Shown piece after piece: positions 1 to 8,924 of a DNA stretch of 63,152 nt. The DNA comes from an uncultured Chitinophagaceae bacterium (GTDB taxonomy: Bacteria; Bacteroidota; Bacteroidia; Chitinophagales; CAIOSU01): NCBI GenBank assembly GCA_964502525.1, contig CAZCXH010000005.1, positions 1 through 63,152 of the forward strand, written 5' to 3'. A program made the position numbers and the translations under genes. The notes below the pieces were generated by a model. That model ran no database searches. It saw only the letters and a program-made list of their open reading frames with translations, and was not told the DNA's origin. Within the stretch, counting starts at the first letter, position 1. Each line of letters begins with the position of its first letter.

Positions 1-35
1 TTCTTAGAACAACTGCCTGTTTTGCGGAAGTTATT

Positions 36-3000
36 TTGAAAGTGTTGCTAAGATATTTCGGCAAAATCTCTTTTTTTCAAACTTTCGGAATAAATTCGCC
101 CGGTCTGAAAGCTATTTCCGTCATATCTCTTCTGTTTGCAGGCTGCGTTGGCTTTGCGCAGGAAACATTTCCCGTAAACGGCATTGCGGATGAACGCCCG
201 GAAAGTTTCGCATTCACCAACGCGGTGATTCATCAGGATTATAAAACGATTATCGAAAACGGAACGCTGCTGATTCAAAAAGGCAAGGTCGTTGGTGCCG
301 GAACACAGGTTGCTGTTCCAAAAGATGCTGTCATCATTGATCTGAAAGGGCTGCACGTATATCCATCGTTCATTGACCTTTATACCGACTATGGCGTGGA
401 GCCGGTGAAGAAACCCGAAGGTGACTCATGGAAGCAATCCCGTTTTGACTCTGGAAAAAAAGGAGCGTTCGGATGGAATGAGGCGGTCAAGCCGGAAGTT
501 AATGCCGCTGAATTATTCAAAACAAACGACCGCGCGGCAGGCGATTTCAGAAAACTCGGATTCGGCACGGTGCTCACCCATCAAAGGGATGGAATTGCAC
601 GCGGCTCAGGCGCGTTGGTAACGCTGGGCAACAAGCGCGAGAATGAAGAAATCATCAAAGCCGAAGCCTCCGCTCACTATTCCTTTGAAAAAGGCGCTTC
701 GCTGCAGGATTATCCAAGCTCGCTGATGGGGGCGATTGCCCTGCTGAGGCAAACTTATCTCGATGCGCAGTGGTATGAAGCGGTAAAAGGCAAAGTGCCT
801 TATAATATCTCTTTGGAGGCTTGGAACGAACTTCAGGCGCTGCCTCAAATTTTTGAGGAGCGTGATGTGTTTGCTCTGTTGCGTGCAGAACGTGTTGCCG
901 ATGAGTTTGGCGTTCAATATATCTATAAGGCCGGAGGGGATGAGTACAAGCGCCTCAATGAAGTGAAGGAAACCAAAGCGTCCTTCATCGTCCCCGTGAA
1001 TTTTCCGGATGCGTATGATGTCGAAAATCCTTTCGATGCCTCACGATTGTCACTCGCTGCCATGAAATCGTGGGAGATGGCTCCCGCCAATCTTTCCATG
1101 CTGAACACAGCCGGAGTTGAGTTCGCCATCACCACCGATGGGTTGCAGGATAAAAATGCTTTCATGAATAATCTTCGGAAGGCAATCAAATATGGATTGC
1201 CCGAGGAAGCTGCCTTGAAAGCGCTTACTTACACTCCCGCGAAAATGCTGGGCGTGCAGGACAAAGCCGGCTCGCTCCATAAAGGGACGCTGGCAAATTT
1301 CATCATCGCATCCGGAACGATTTTCGATGAAAAAACGCGCATTCTCGAAAACTGGATTCAGGGTGAAAAATTTGTGATTGATAATGCTGTCCCTGAAAAA
1401 ATAGATGGAGACTACCGCCTGACTTTCGCAGAATTCAACTATAAGCTGGCTGTTGAAGGCAGCCCTTTCAACATTAAAGCCAAAGTTCATTTGACGGACA
1501 GCACGGATGTGGAAGCGCACTTCAGCCGCACGAATAATAACGTCAACATCTCTTTCAACCAGACCAATCAAAAAGATAAAACGGAGATGGTTCGCCTGAG
1601 CGGGTTGATTGAAAAGGAAAAATGGTCGGGCAAGGGGCAACTCAGCAGCGGCAGATGGGTTGACTGGGAGGCGCGCTTAGAAAAACCATCGGATAAGAAA
1701 GAAGAGGAAAAACGCGACACGCTTCTTCCTGTTGGAAAAGTTATTTATCCGTTTGTTGCTTACGGTTATTCCGAGCCGCCAAAACAGGAAACGGTATTGC
1801 TGAAGAACGCCACCGTTTGGACGAATGAAAAAGAGGGCATCCTGCAAAACGCGGATGTGCTGATTAAAGACGGACAAATATCCGCTGTTGGAAAAAATCT
1901 TTCGGACAAAGATGCGCGCGTGATTGACGCCACCGGCAAGCATGTGACATCAGGCATCATTGATGAACACTCGCACATCGCCATCAGCCGGGGTGTGAAT
2001 GAGTGGACACATGCAAGTTCAGCGGAGGTAAGAATCGGAGATGTGGTGAATCCTGAAGACATCAATATTTATCGTCAACTGGCAGGAGGCGTTACAGTGG
2101 CGCAGTTGCTCCACGGCTCTGCAAATCCAATTGGCGGTCAGGCGCAGCTCATCAAATTGCGGTGGGGATATTCGCCCGAAAAAATGAAGATGGAAAACGC
2201 TCCGAAGTTCATCAAGTTTGCGCTGGGTGAAAACGTCAAGCGTTCCAACTGGGACGAGGCGCCCTACCCCCGCTATCCGCAAACCCGCATGGGCGTTGAG
2301 CAGGTGTATATTGACCACTTCACGCGGGCGCTGGAATATGACAAAAAACAAAAGGAATTTTCTGCGCTTTCAAAAAAGCAAAAGGAAACTGACGTTCCCC
2401 CACGAAGGGATTTGGAGTTGGAAGCGCTGCTTGAAATTTTGAAGCGGGAAAGATTCATCACGTGCCATTCCTATGTGCAGTCAGAGATTAACATGCTGAT
2501 GAAGGTGGCGGAAAAGTTTGGCTTCCGCGTCAACACGTTCACGCATGTTCTCGAAGGATACAAGATTGCCGGCAAAATAAAGGCGCATGGCGCAAATGCT
2601 TCAACCTTTGCCGATTGGTGGGCATACAAGTATGAAGTGATGGAAGCCACTCCTTACAATGCAGCGATATTGACTGAAGCAGGCGTGAACACCGCCATTA
2701 ATTCCGATGATGCGGAGATGGGGAGAAGGTTGAACCAGGAAGCCGCAAAGACGGTGAAATATGGCGGCATGAGCGAGGAAGAAGCATGGAAAATGGTGAC
2801 GCTGAATCCAGCGAAGATGCTCCGCATTGACGGGCATATCGGGAGCCTGAAAGCCGGAAAGGACGCAGATGTGGTGCTTTGGTCAGATAATCCATTGTCA
2901 ATATACGCCAAAGCGGAGAAGACTTTCGTGGACGGGATTTGTTTCTATGACAGGGAAAAAGATTTGCAAATAAGGCAGGAAATTTCGGATGAGCGGGCAA

Positions 3001-3098
3001 GGCTCATTCAAAAAATGGCAGGCGCGAAAAAAGCCGGAGAGAAAACGCAGAAGCCATCGGGGACGATGGAACGGATTTGGCATTGCGAGGATGAGTAG
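36..3098 (+). CDS. large two-domain amidohydrolase family protein, probably exported
   Basis: 1020-aa ORF with a hydrophobic leader (ISVISLLFAGCVGFAQ). It has the metal-binding signature DEHSHIAISRG and a C-terminal GSLKAGKDADVVLW motif typical of the amidohydrolase superfamily. The start is TTG/GTG and the frame is open to the window edge, so the start is uncertain. Confidence 0.8.
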   Translation: MKVLLRYFGKISFFQTFGINSPGLKAISVISLLFAGCVGFAQETFPVNGIADERPESFAFTNAVIHQDYKTIIENGTLLIQKGKVVGAGTQVAVPKDAVIIDLKGLHVYPSFIDLYTDYGVEPVKKPEGDSWKQSRFDSGKKGAFGWNEAVKPEVNAAELFKTNDRAAGDFRKLGFGTVLTHQRDGIARGSGALVTLGNKRENEEIIKAEASAHYSFEKGASLQDYPSSLMGAIALLRQTYLDAQWYEAVKGKVPYNISLEAWNELQALPQIFEERDVFALLRAERVADEFGVQYIYKAGGDEYKRLNEVKETKASFIVPVNFPDAYDVENPFDASRLSLAAMKSWEMAPANLSMLNTAGVEFAITTDGLQDKNAFMNNLRKAIKYGLPEEAALKALTYTPAKMLGVQDKAGSLHKGTLANFIIASGTIFDEKTRILENWIQGEKFVIDNAVPEKIDGDYRLTFAEFNYKLAVEGSPFNIKAKVHLTDSTDVEAHFSRTNNNVNISFNQTNQKDKTEMVRLSGLIEKEKWSGKGQLSSGRWVDWEARLEKPSDKKEEEKRDTLLPVGKVIYPFVAYGYSEPPKQETVLLKNATVWTNEKEGILQNADVLIKDGQISAVGKNLSDKDARVIDATGKHVTSGIIDEHSHIAISRGVNEWTHASSAEVRIGDVVNPEDINIYRQLAGGVTVAQLLHGSANPIGGQAQLIKLRWGYSPEKMKMENAPKFIKFALGENVKRSNWDEAPYPRYPQTRMGVEQVYIDHFTRALEYDKKQKEFSALSKKQKETDVPPRRDLELEALLEILKRERFITCHSYVQSEINMLMKVAEKFGFRVNTFTHVLEGYKIAGKIKAHGANASTFADWWAYKYEVMEATPYNAAILTEAGVNTAINSDDAEMGRRLNQEAAKTVKYGGMSEEEAWKMVTLNPAKMLRIDGHIGSLKAGKDADVVLWSDNPLSIYAKAEKTFVDGICFYDREKDLQIRQEISDERARLIQKMAGAKKAGEKTQKPSGTMERIWHCEDE

Positions 3099-3208
3099 TA
3101 ATTATAAAACTGTGAATCGTAATATAAGAGGTAAAATTGTCAGCAGAGTCCGCCTGCGTCAAAGGTACTTCACTTCGGTTGTCTTACTGTGTCGGGCTGG
3201 CGCGATTG

Positions 3209-3441
3209 CTTGCGCTCTCTTTTGCTTTTGCTTACCTTGATTTCCATTTAACCGGAATTATGCAGTTGAAAATCAAAACAGCCGTTAACGCAAAGTGCGC
3301 AAAGGTTTCGCAAAGTTCGCCAAGAAGAAATGCTTACAGAAAGAGCTTTGACTAAATGCGCATCAGCATGTTGTTTTGGGTCGGCAAAATATTTGAACTG
3401 CATAAATCCGGTTTAAAGCCAAAAGTGAATGTGAGCGCAAG
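3209..3441. repeat. long imperfect inverted repeat (MITE-like or large hairpin) with an internal CGCAAAG x4 direct repeat
   Basis: Core arms are TTTAACCGGAATTATGCAGTTGAAAAT (3247-3273) and ATTTGAACTGCATAAATCCGGTTTAAA (3391-3417), complementary apart from a few mismatches and one indel. Outer perfect 9-bp arms are CTTGCGCTC (3209-3217) and GAGCGCAAG (3433-3441). CGCAAAG recurs at 3289, 3298 and 3309, with CGCCAAG at 3318. Confidence 0.55.
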
Positions 3442-3473
3442 TGCGTGGCGTGTTTGGCTGTCTTGTCCGTGCG

Positions 3474-3881
3474 TTATCGTTCAATGTGTTCCATAAACTG
3501 TTGTAACGTCATTGTCCTGATGGGTGGGAAGTCGTTGTTGCCCAATGCTAAAAGTTGTCTGTCGTTGGTAACGAGAATGTCTGCTGCTGCGGCAAGGTAC
3601 GTGTCGGAAAACTTGTTGTCGTCTGTGTCGCCTGCAACAAGTTGGAAGTTATAGTACACTGCATGAAGTGAAATGTTCTCTGCTGTCAGCAATACGCCAA
3701 GCAGGTTATGAGTTACTTCCATTCCCCAGAACTCTGTGAACTTTTCTTCATACTCCAATAGTATCTCTGATGAAACACAAAGCGTGTATTGCTTTTCGAG
3801 AAACCCATCGAATACTTTTCTGTAAGGGGACTTCTTGCCGATGCAACTGATAAAACAGTTGGTGTCTAAAACGACATTCAC
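3474..3881 (-). CDS. PIN-domain toxin (type II TA toxin component)
   Basis: 135-aa ORF starting MNVVLDTNCFISCIG (PIN Asp near the N-terminus). Acidic residues follow in LLEYEE and DTDDNKF, and VTNDRQL lies near the C-terminus. A small partner ORF sits 11 nt upstream. Confidence 0.8.
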   Translation of the reverse strand: MNVVLDTNCFISCIGKKSPYRKVFDGFLEKQYTLCVSSEILLEYEEKFTEFWGMEVTHNLLGVLLTAENISLHAVYYNFQLVAGDTDDNKFSDTYLAAAADILVTNDRQLLALGNNDFPPIRTMTLQQFMEHIER

Positions 3882-3892
3882 TTAGCCGGAAG

Positions 3893-4102
3893 TTACTTGG
3901 ACGATTTACTCAGCCACTCTTTGTAAATGGATGCTGTATAATTGCGGTCTTTTTCTTCCTTGTCAATGGCAGCGTCCAATTTCTTGCGGAAATAGAAATT
4001 GAGCAATGACTTCACTTCCTGTAATTGCTTCTCGTCAGTGATATGCTTGAAACTTTTGAGAAGTTCCAGTTGCATTTGAGTTAGTTTGTTAGACACAATC
4101 AT
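3893..4102 (-). CDS. putative antitoxin partner of the PIN toxin
   Basis: Small ORF immediately upstream of the PIN gene on the same strand. I prefer the ATG at 4102 (MIVSNKLTQMQLELLKSF...) over the longer track ORF. There is no recognisable domain, so the call rests on position only. Confidence 0.5.
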   Translation of the reverse strand: MIVSNKLTQMQLELLKSFKHITDEKQLQEVKSLLNFYFRKKLDAAIDKEEKDRNYTASIYKEWLSKSSK

Positions 4103-4257
4103 AATCAAGAATCGTTTAGGTAAAACTAAGGAATTTGCAAGAAGTGTCATCAATCATCATATTTGTAATAATATATAACTTCAGCCCCTGAGCGGAATAC
4201 CTAAGCCTTATCATCGTAGTTGCAGGTGTTTCAAGATTTCATTCTACAAAAAGTTCG

Positions 4258-5103
4258 TTACTTCTTCTTTAACTTCTTCGTGGTTTTTAGAAGTTTCTTG
4301 TCCTCCGCCTTTACTTTTCGCTCTATTTTTTTCAAGTCCTCCTCTGCTGGTAAACTCTCCGGTCGGATGCCGCTCTTCAATAGAAGTCCTCTCACATCCG
4401 TGTTGTTCTTGACGTGTTCCCTTGTAATATCAGGTTCGTTTGCCATATCATTTTTGCGGATGTTCACATTTGTCAATTCGTTGGCAAAGTCCTTCGCTTT
4501 GATAGTGATGGTCGGCAAAAAATCGGCAAGCGGTCTGTTGTCGGGCATGCCAAGTCTTGTCTTCATGTCCAAAGTAGTCTTGCCGCCAAACAATGCCTGG
4601 TCGCCCTTACTTCTTATCCGTCCGAAGCCCGGATTGTCAATGCCCTTCTGAAAAATCAGTCCTGAAAGTTCCTTCTCCGAAATGGTGAGTTTTTCTCTCG
4701 CCTGCAACCGCTCCCATTCCTTTAACCGTTGCTCCAAGAGTTCCTGCTTTCTCGTTTGTACCGCAAAGTAGTTCATCGCAAATGCGATTTCCTCTTTACG
4801 AGGGTCTCCGTTTTGAGCAATCAGATAACAGGCATACCTTGTGAGCATGGTGTCCTCAATTTCGCGCTTTGCGCCTGAACCCAGGTCAACCATTTTGTTG
4901 ACGTCAACAAAATGGTCTGAAACTTCTTGCCTGGCATTAGCGCAGGCAGTCTTTGCCTTTTCAATAACCTTTAGGAAATTTCTCCACTCATCATAGCCTA
5001 ACAAGGTTTGCAGGTCTCTTGCAAACCAGAATTCCACATCTTCGGCTTGGTGAGCTGCTAATTCAAAACTGCTGTGAAGCCGTGAAATGATTTCCTTTTT
5101 CAT
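4258..5103 (-). CDS. dinD: DNA-damage-inducible protein D
   Basis: 281-aa ORF containing VEFWFARDLQTLLGYDEWRNF and RYACYLIAQNGDPRKEEIA. Both closely match the conserved core of E. coli DinD as I remember it. Confidence 0.85.
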   Translation of the reverse strand: MKKEIISRLHSSFELAAHQAEDVEFWFARDLQTLLGYDEWRNFLKVIEKAKTACANARQEVSDHFVDVNKMVDLGSGAKREIEDTMLTRYACYLIAQNGDPRKEEIAFAMNYFAVQTRKQELLEQRLKEWERLQAREKLTISEKELSGLIFQKGIDNPGFGRIRSKGDQALFGGKTTLDMKTRLGMPDNRPLADFLPTITIKAKDFANELTNVNIRKNDMANEPDITREHVKNNTDVRGLLLKSGIRPESLPAEEDLKKIERKVKAEDKKLLKTTKKLKKK

Positions 5104-5330
5104 TCCGAATGATCGGAACTAAACTACGAAAACAGTTTTGAACTTTTATTGGAAGAAACCTCATTGCTTTAGTTTGGAAATTATGTCAAGTTTCAAATCA
5201 GGGCGAAGGTTATCCAGCATTTGCAGGTAACCGTTTATGATGGAAGCGTTGATGTCGGGCGTTTTCATATTTCAAAAAACAGAAAAAATGCCAGACAAAC
5301 TTTACCTCGTGCCGGTAATTACACCATACC

Positions 5331-5583
5331 TCAATCAAACACCCACTTCATCTCCACCCTTCTGTTCATCTGCCTGCCTTTCTCGGTATCATTGGGAGCG
5401 ATAGGTTGAGTGTCGCCATGATACTCTACCTGAACCTGCTTTTTTGAAACGCCTTTCGACAGCAAATAAAAAATCAAAAGAGAATGCTTCCCTTTTTAGC
5501 TTGCCGCAGAATAGCCACTCGGCTTTGCCGGAAATTGTTTGTCTGTCGTCCGTGAAGCCTTTAGTGTGTTGTACTGCCGTCAT
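5331..5583 (-). pseudogene. frameshifted remnant of an OmpA-family C-terminal (peptidoglycan-binding) domain
   Basis: One minus-strand frame reads YLLSKGVSKKQVQVEYHGDTQPIAPNDTEKGRQMNRRVEMKWVFD* with its stop at 5331-5333. This is a canonical OmpA_C tail (compare GYGETKPVASNDTEEGMQLNRRVQFEILKK in the gene at 25699). The upstream part (..GFTDDRQ.., the GHTD region) is in a different frame, and no N-terminal domain is present. Confidence 0.6.
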
Positions 5584-5894
5584 AGCATTTCTGCTAACTT
5601 TGAATTTAAACTTTAAACTTTAAACTTTGGACTTAAATCCATTACTGACGAAAAGGGCAGGTAAATAGAAGTGATTGTGCCGATGCGGAGTGGAAAAGGA
5701 TCAAAAAGGAAAATCCATTAAAACCCCGTCCTCATCAAAAGCTTCCAAGGGACGATTTAAAAATGAACGGAAGAAAAAACTGCAAGCGGGATCCAAACAA
5801 ATAAAGTTGCACCGGGAGGGAAAAATCAAGCTGAAATCGTTAGACGAACTCATCCGTGAGCTATCGCTAACCATAAACCGAAGTTTTACAACCT

Positions 5895-6884
5895 ATGGCA
5901 ACAGAAATAAAGACATGGCAAATCGTTAACGGGAAATTGACCGCGATTTCATCTTCACTTGCCGACAACGGGAGAAAAGAGCGGGACGACCTTGAACAGT
6001 GGATTAAGAGCAATCCCGAAATTTTAGGGAATGACATTGCGATCATTGGAGAGCAGGTTCAAACCAAGTCAGGACCGCTGGACTTTTTGGGAATTGACCG
6101 CTATGGTAACTTGGTTATTGTCGAACTTAAACGCGACAAATTACCAAGAGAAGTATTAGCACAAGCTATTGACTACGCTTCTGACATTTCACTCTACGAA
6201 CCGGATTACCTAAATGAGATTTGCCAGGGATTTACCGGACAGGCGCTTGGTGATTATTTAGCAGAGAAATTTCCTGAGACAAACTTTGAAGAGGTCGCAG
6301 TGAACCAAGCGCAACGGCTTTTATTGGTTGGTTTTGCAATCGAGGAACCACTTCACCGCATGATTGAGTGGCTTTCGGAGAAGTACAGTGTTGCGATTAA
6401 CGCTATCGTACTTCATTACGTCAAGAGCAAAAACGGTGATGAACTTCTTTCACGGACTGTAATCATTCCAGAGGATGTCGAACGGGAAAAGGTGAATAAG
6501 AAAAAGTTTGTTATCGAAATGTCCAACGAACCTGGGAACTACGATGATGCAGCCTTAAAGGAGCAACTCAAAAAGTATTTATCAAAAAATTTGTGGTCGT
6601 CAAGGAGAATACGAGACTATTTCCTACCAGCACTATTGAAAAATGGAAAAGTGACAAGAGAGCAAATGAAAAAAGAGTTTGTCAAACTGAAAGGCGCTGA
6701 AAATGAAAGTCAAGCGGGATATTTTTTGGCTCTCATATCACAGCAGATTGGACACAAGTGGAAGGACTATTTGCGCCAAGTAATAAGCTATGAAACGCCC
6801 AACAACAACTGGGAGAAAGATAACTTCAGCGTGAGACCGGAGTATAAGCACCTTGTTCAAGAAGTACTGGAAGAGATGAAGTGA
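5895..6884 (+). CDS. NucS/DUF91-like PD-(D/E)xK nuclease domain fused to an uncharacterised C-terminal domain
   Basis: 329-aa ORF. GPLDFLGIDRYGNLVIVELKRDKLPREVLAQAIDYASD is the D...(D/E)xK core seen in NucS C-terminal/RecB-like nucleases. Residues ~200-329 are Lys/Glu-rich with no motif I recognise. Confidence 0.6.
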   Translation: MATEIKTWQIVNGKLTAISSSLADNGRKERDDLEQWIKSNPEILGNDIAIIGEQVQTKSGPLDFLGIDRYGNLVIVELKRDKLPREVLAQAIDYASDISLYEPDYLNEICQGFTGQALGDYLAEKFPETNFEEVAVNQAQRLLLVGFAIEEPLHRMIEWLSEKYSVAINAIVLHYVKSKNGDELLSRTVIIPEDVEREKVNKKKFVIEMSNEPGNYDDAALKEQLKKYLSKNLWSSRRIRDYFLPALLKNGKVTREQMKKEFVKLKGAENESQAGYFLALISQQIGHKWKDYLRQVISYETPNNNWEKDNFSVRPEYKHLVQEVLEEMK

Positions 6885-6992
6885 GAAAGATTGGCGATAA
6901 TTGAAAAAAAGAAAAATATATCGGCTAAAGAGTTGGAGCATTGGCTTCAGGAGTTGTTCCATAAACTGATTCTTGCACAAAAGCTATCTATT

Positions 6993-8306
6993 ATGAATTA
7001 TGCTTTTTTAATAAATTCATGCCGATCATCCGTGTTGTCCTTTTTTCTTTTACTTATTGGATTTCATCATTCGTTGTCCCAGGTCCCCACCCCCGCTCCC
7101 AGGCAAACCCAGCGGATCATCATTCGCGGGGGCACTGCCCACATCGGCAACGGACAAGTTATTGAAAACTGCGTCATTCATTTTGAAAATGGGAAATTCA
7201 CGCATGTCGGAACTGCAGGGGAATTCATTCCGGACGACAACACAAAAATCATTGATGCCACCGGCAAGCACATTTATCCGGGGCTGATTGCAGCCAACAC
7301 CAACCTCGGTCTTTCTGAAGTAGAGGCGGTTCGCGCTACACTTGATTTCAACGAAACGGGCGAAATGAACCCCAACGCGCGCTCGGTCATCGCATACAAT
7401 ACAGATTCAAAAATTATTCCTACTGTCCGCTCCAACGGAGTGCTGCTGGCGCAAATCACTCCGAGAGGAGGAATTCTTTCCGGCACGTCATCAGTTGTCC
7501 AGTTGGATGCCTGGAACTGGGAAGATGCCGCTTACAAAACGGACATCGGCATCCATTTGAACTGGCCTTCAAAATTCAACTTCTCCGGATGGTGGGCTGA
7601 ACCGGGCGGCATGAAGCCCAACGATGATTATTCCAAGCAAATAGGCATCCTGCGCGATTTCTTCAATGAAGGGAAAGCCTATTCCGGTTCACCTCAACCT
7701 GCGGAAATCAACCAGCGTTTCGAGTCCATGAAGGGGCTGTTCAATGGAGAGAAGAAATTATTTGTTCATGTGAATGAGGCAAGCGAAATCATGGAAGCGG
7801 TTGAATTCAGCCGTCAGTTCAATCTGAAAATGGTGGTGGTGGGCGGCAGGGATTCGTGGATGGTTGCTGACCGGCTGAAGGCAAATAGCATCCCCGTCAT
7901 TTTGCAATCGCTGCTTGAACTTCCTGCCAGGCAGGATGATGACGTTGACATTCTGTATAAACTTCCTTATCTGTTGCAGCAGGCGGGCGTGGAATTTTGC
8001 CTGAGTCATAACGGAAACTGGGATCAGCGCAACCTTCCGTTTGAGGCCGGCACGGCAGCGGCTTACGGCTTGTCCAAAGAAGAAGCGTTGATGGCGGTCA
8101 CATTGTCCCCGGCAAAAATTTTAGGGATAGAAAACTCTGCCGGCTCCATTGAAGCCGGAAAGGATGCAACTTTGGTCATCTCATCGGGGGATTTGCTGGA
8201 TATGCGAACCAGCCTTGTGGAAGCGGCTTTCATCAGCGGCAGGCAAATTGATCTCGATGATCTGCACAAGCAGTTGTACAGAAAATACAGGGCAAAGTAC
8301 CAGTAA
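6993..8306 (+). CDS. amidohydrolase family protein (exported)
   Basis: The ATG at 6993 gives a signal-like leader, MNYAFLINSCRSSVLSFFLLLIGFHHSLSQ. The C-terminal motif GSIEAGKDATLVI is typical of amidohydrolases. The track ORF start at 6891 is probably an over-extension. Confidence 0.8.
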   Translation: MNYAFLINSCRSSVLSFFLLLIGFHHSLSQVPTPAPRQTQRIIIRGGTAHIGNGQVIENCVIHFENGKFTHVGTAGEFIPDDNTKIIDATGKHIYPGLIAANTNLGLSEVEAVRATLDFNETGEMNPNARSVIAYNTDSKIIPTVRSNGVLLAQITPRGGILSGTSSVVQLDAWNWEDAAYKTDIGIHLNWPSKFNFSGWWAEPGGMKPNDDYSKQIGILRDFFNEGKAYSGSPQPAEINQRFESMKGLFNGEKKLFVHVNEASEIMEAVEFSRQFNLKMVVVGGRDSWMVADRLKANSIPVILQSLLELPARQDDDVDILYKLPYLLQQAGVEFCLSHNGNWDQRNLPFEAGTAAAYGLSKEEALMAVTLSPAKILGIENSAGSIEAGKDATLVISSGDLLDMRTSLVEAAFISGRQIDLDDLHKQLYRKYRAKYQ

Positions 8307-8331
8307 TGAAATTCTTCATTACATTTAGGGC

Positions 8332-8874
8332 GTGATAGTTCCGGTCGAAAAACATTTCAACCAGATAGAAGCGCAACGAAACGCGCTGCTTAACGAGATT
8401 TCCAGGCTTTCACACGCGCAACAAAACTTCAAGCCGTCACGCGAATCGTGGAGCATCCTGCAGGTATTGAATCATTTGGTTTATTCAGAAACCAACACCG
8501 TGAAATACATGAACAAGAAAATGCTGGGCATTGCGGCTGCGGAAAAGTCAGGGATATACGCCAAGGTGCGCATGTTTGTACTAAACGCGTTTCTCCGCTC
8601 ACCGCTGAAGTTCAAAGCGCCAAAAGCCGCGCTGCCGGTTCAGGAGGAAGTTTATGTTTTTGACAATATGAAAAAGCAATGGGATGACGTCCGGTTCCAA
8701 TTCGGAAAAATCATTGACCAATTGGGAAACGCGGATGCAGACAAGCTGATATTCAAACACCCCATCTCCGGAAAATTCAACATCTACCAGACGATGTCGT
8801 TTCTGGAAGAGCATATCGAGCATCATAAAAAACAAATCGGGAGAATAAAATCTTCTCCTTTATTTCCTTCTTGA
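8332..8874 (+). CDS. DinB-family (DinB_2-like) four-helix metal-binding protein
   Basis: 180-aa ORF with a GTG start. His-containing helices (LNHLVYSE, EEHIEHHKKQI) are typical of the DinB/YfiT superfamily. Confidence 0.65.
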   Translation: MIVPVEKHFNQIEAQRNALLNEISRLSHAQQNFKPSRESWSILQVLNHLVYSETNTVKYMNKKMLGIAAAEKSGIYAKVRMFVLNAFLRSPLKFKAPKAALPVQEEVYVFDNMKKQWDDVRFQFGKIIDQLGNADADKLIFKHPISGKFNIYQTMSFLEEHIEHHKKQIGRIKSSPLFPS

Positions 8875-8875
8875 C

Positions 8876-8883
8876 TATTTTTG
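8876..8883 (+). promoter_or_regulatory. Bacteroidota -7 box-like motif (TAnnTTTG)
   Basis: TATTTTTG lies 42 nt upstream of the ATG at 8925 and matches the TAnnTTTG consensus for Bacteroidota sigma-A promoters. I found no convincing -33 element. Confidence 0.3.
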
Positions 8884-8924
8884 GAAAATCATTTTTTTAA
8901 ATTTTTTAACTAAAACCCTGCATC

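Noticed and set aside
2989-3355. Small plus-strand ORFs (83 and 72 aa) after the first amidohydrolase gene.
   Set aside because: They overlap the amidohydrolase 3' end or the inverted-repeat element, have an Arg/Cys/Leu-rich composition, and contain no motifs.
5675-5929. 84-aa Lys-rich ORF upstream of the NucS-like gene.
   Set aside because: It has a low-complexity basic composition, overlaps the start of the better-supported 5895 gene, and has no recognisable motif. It is probably non-coding.
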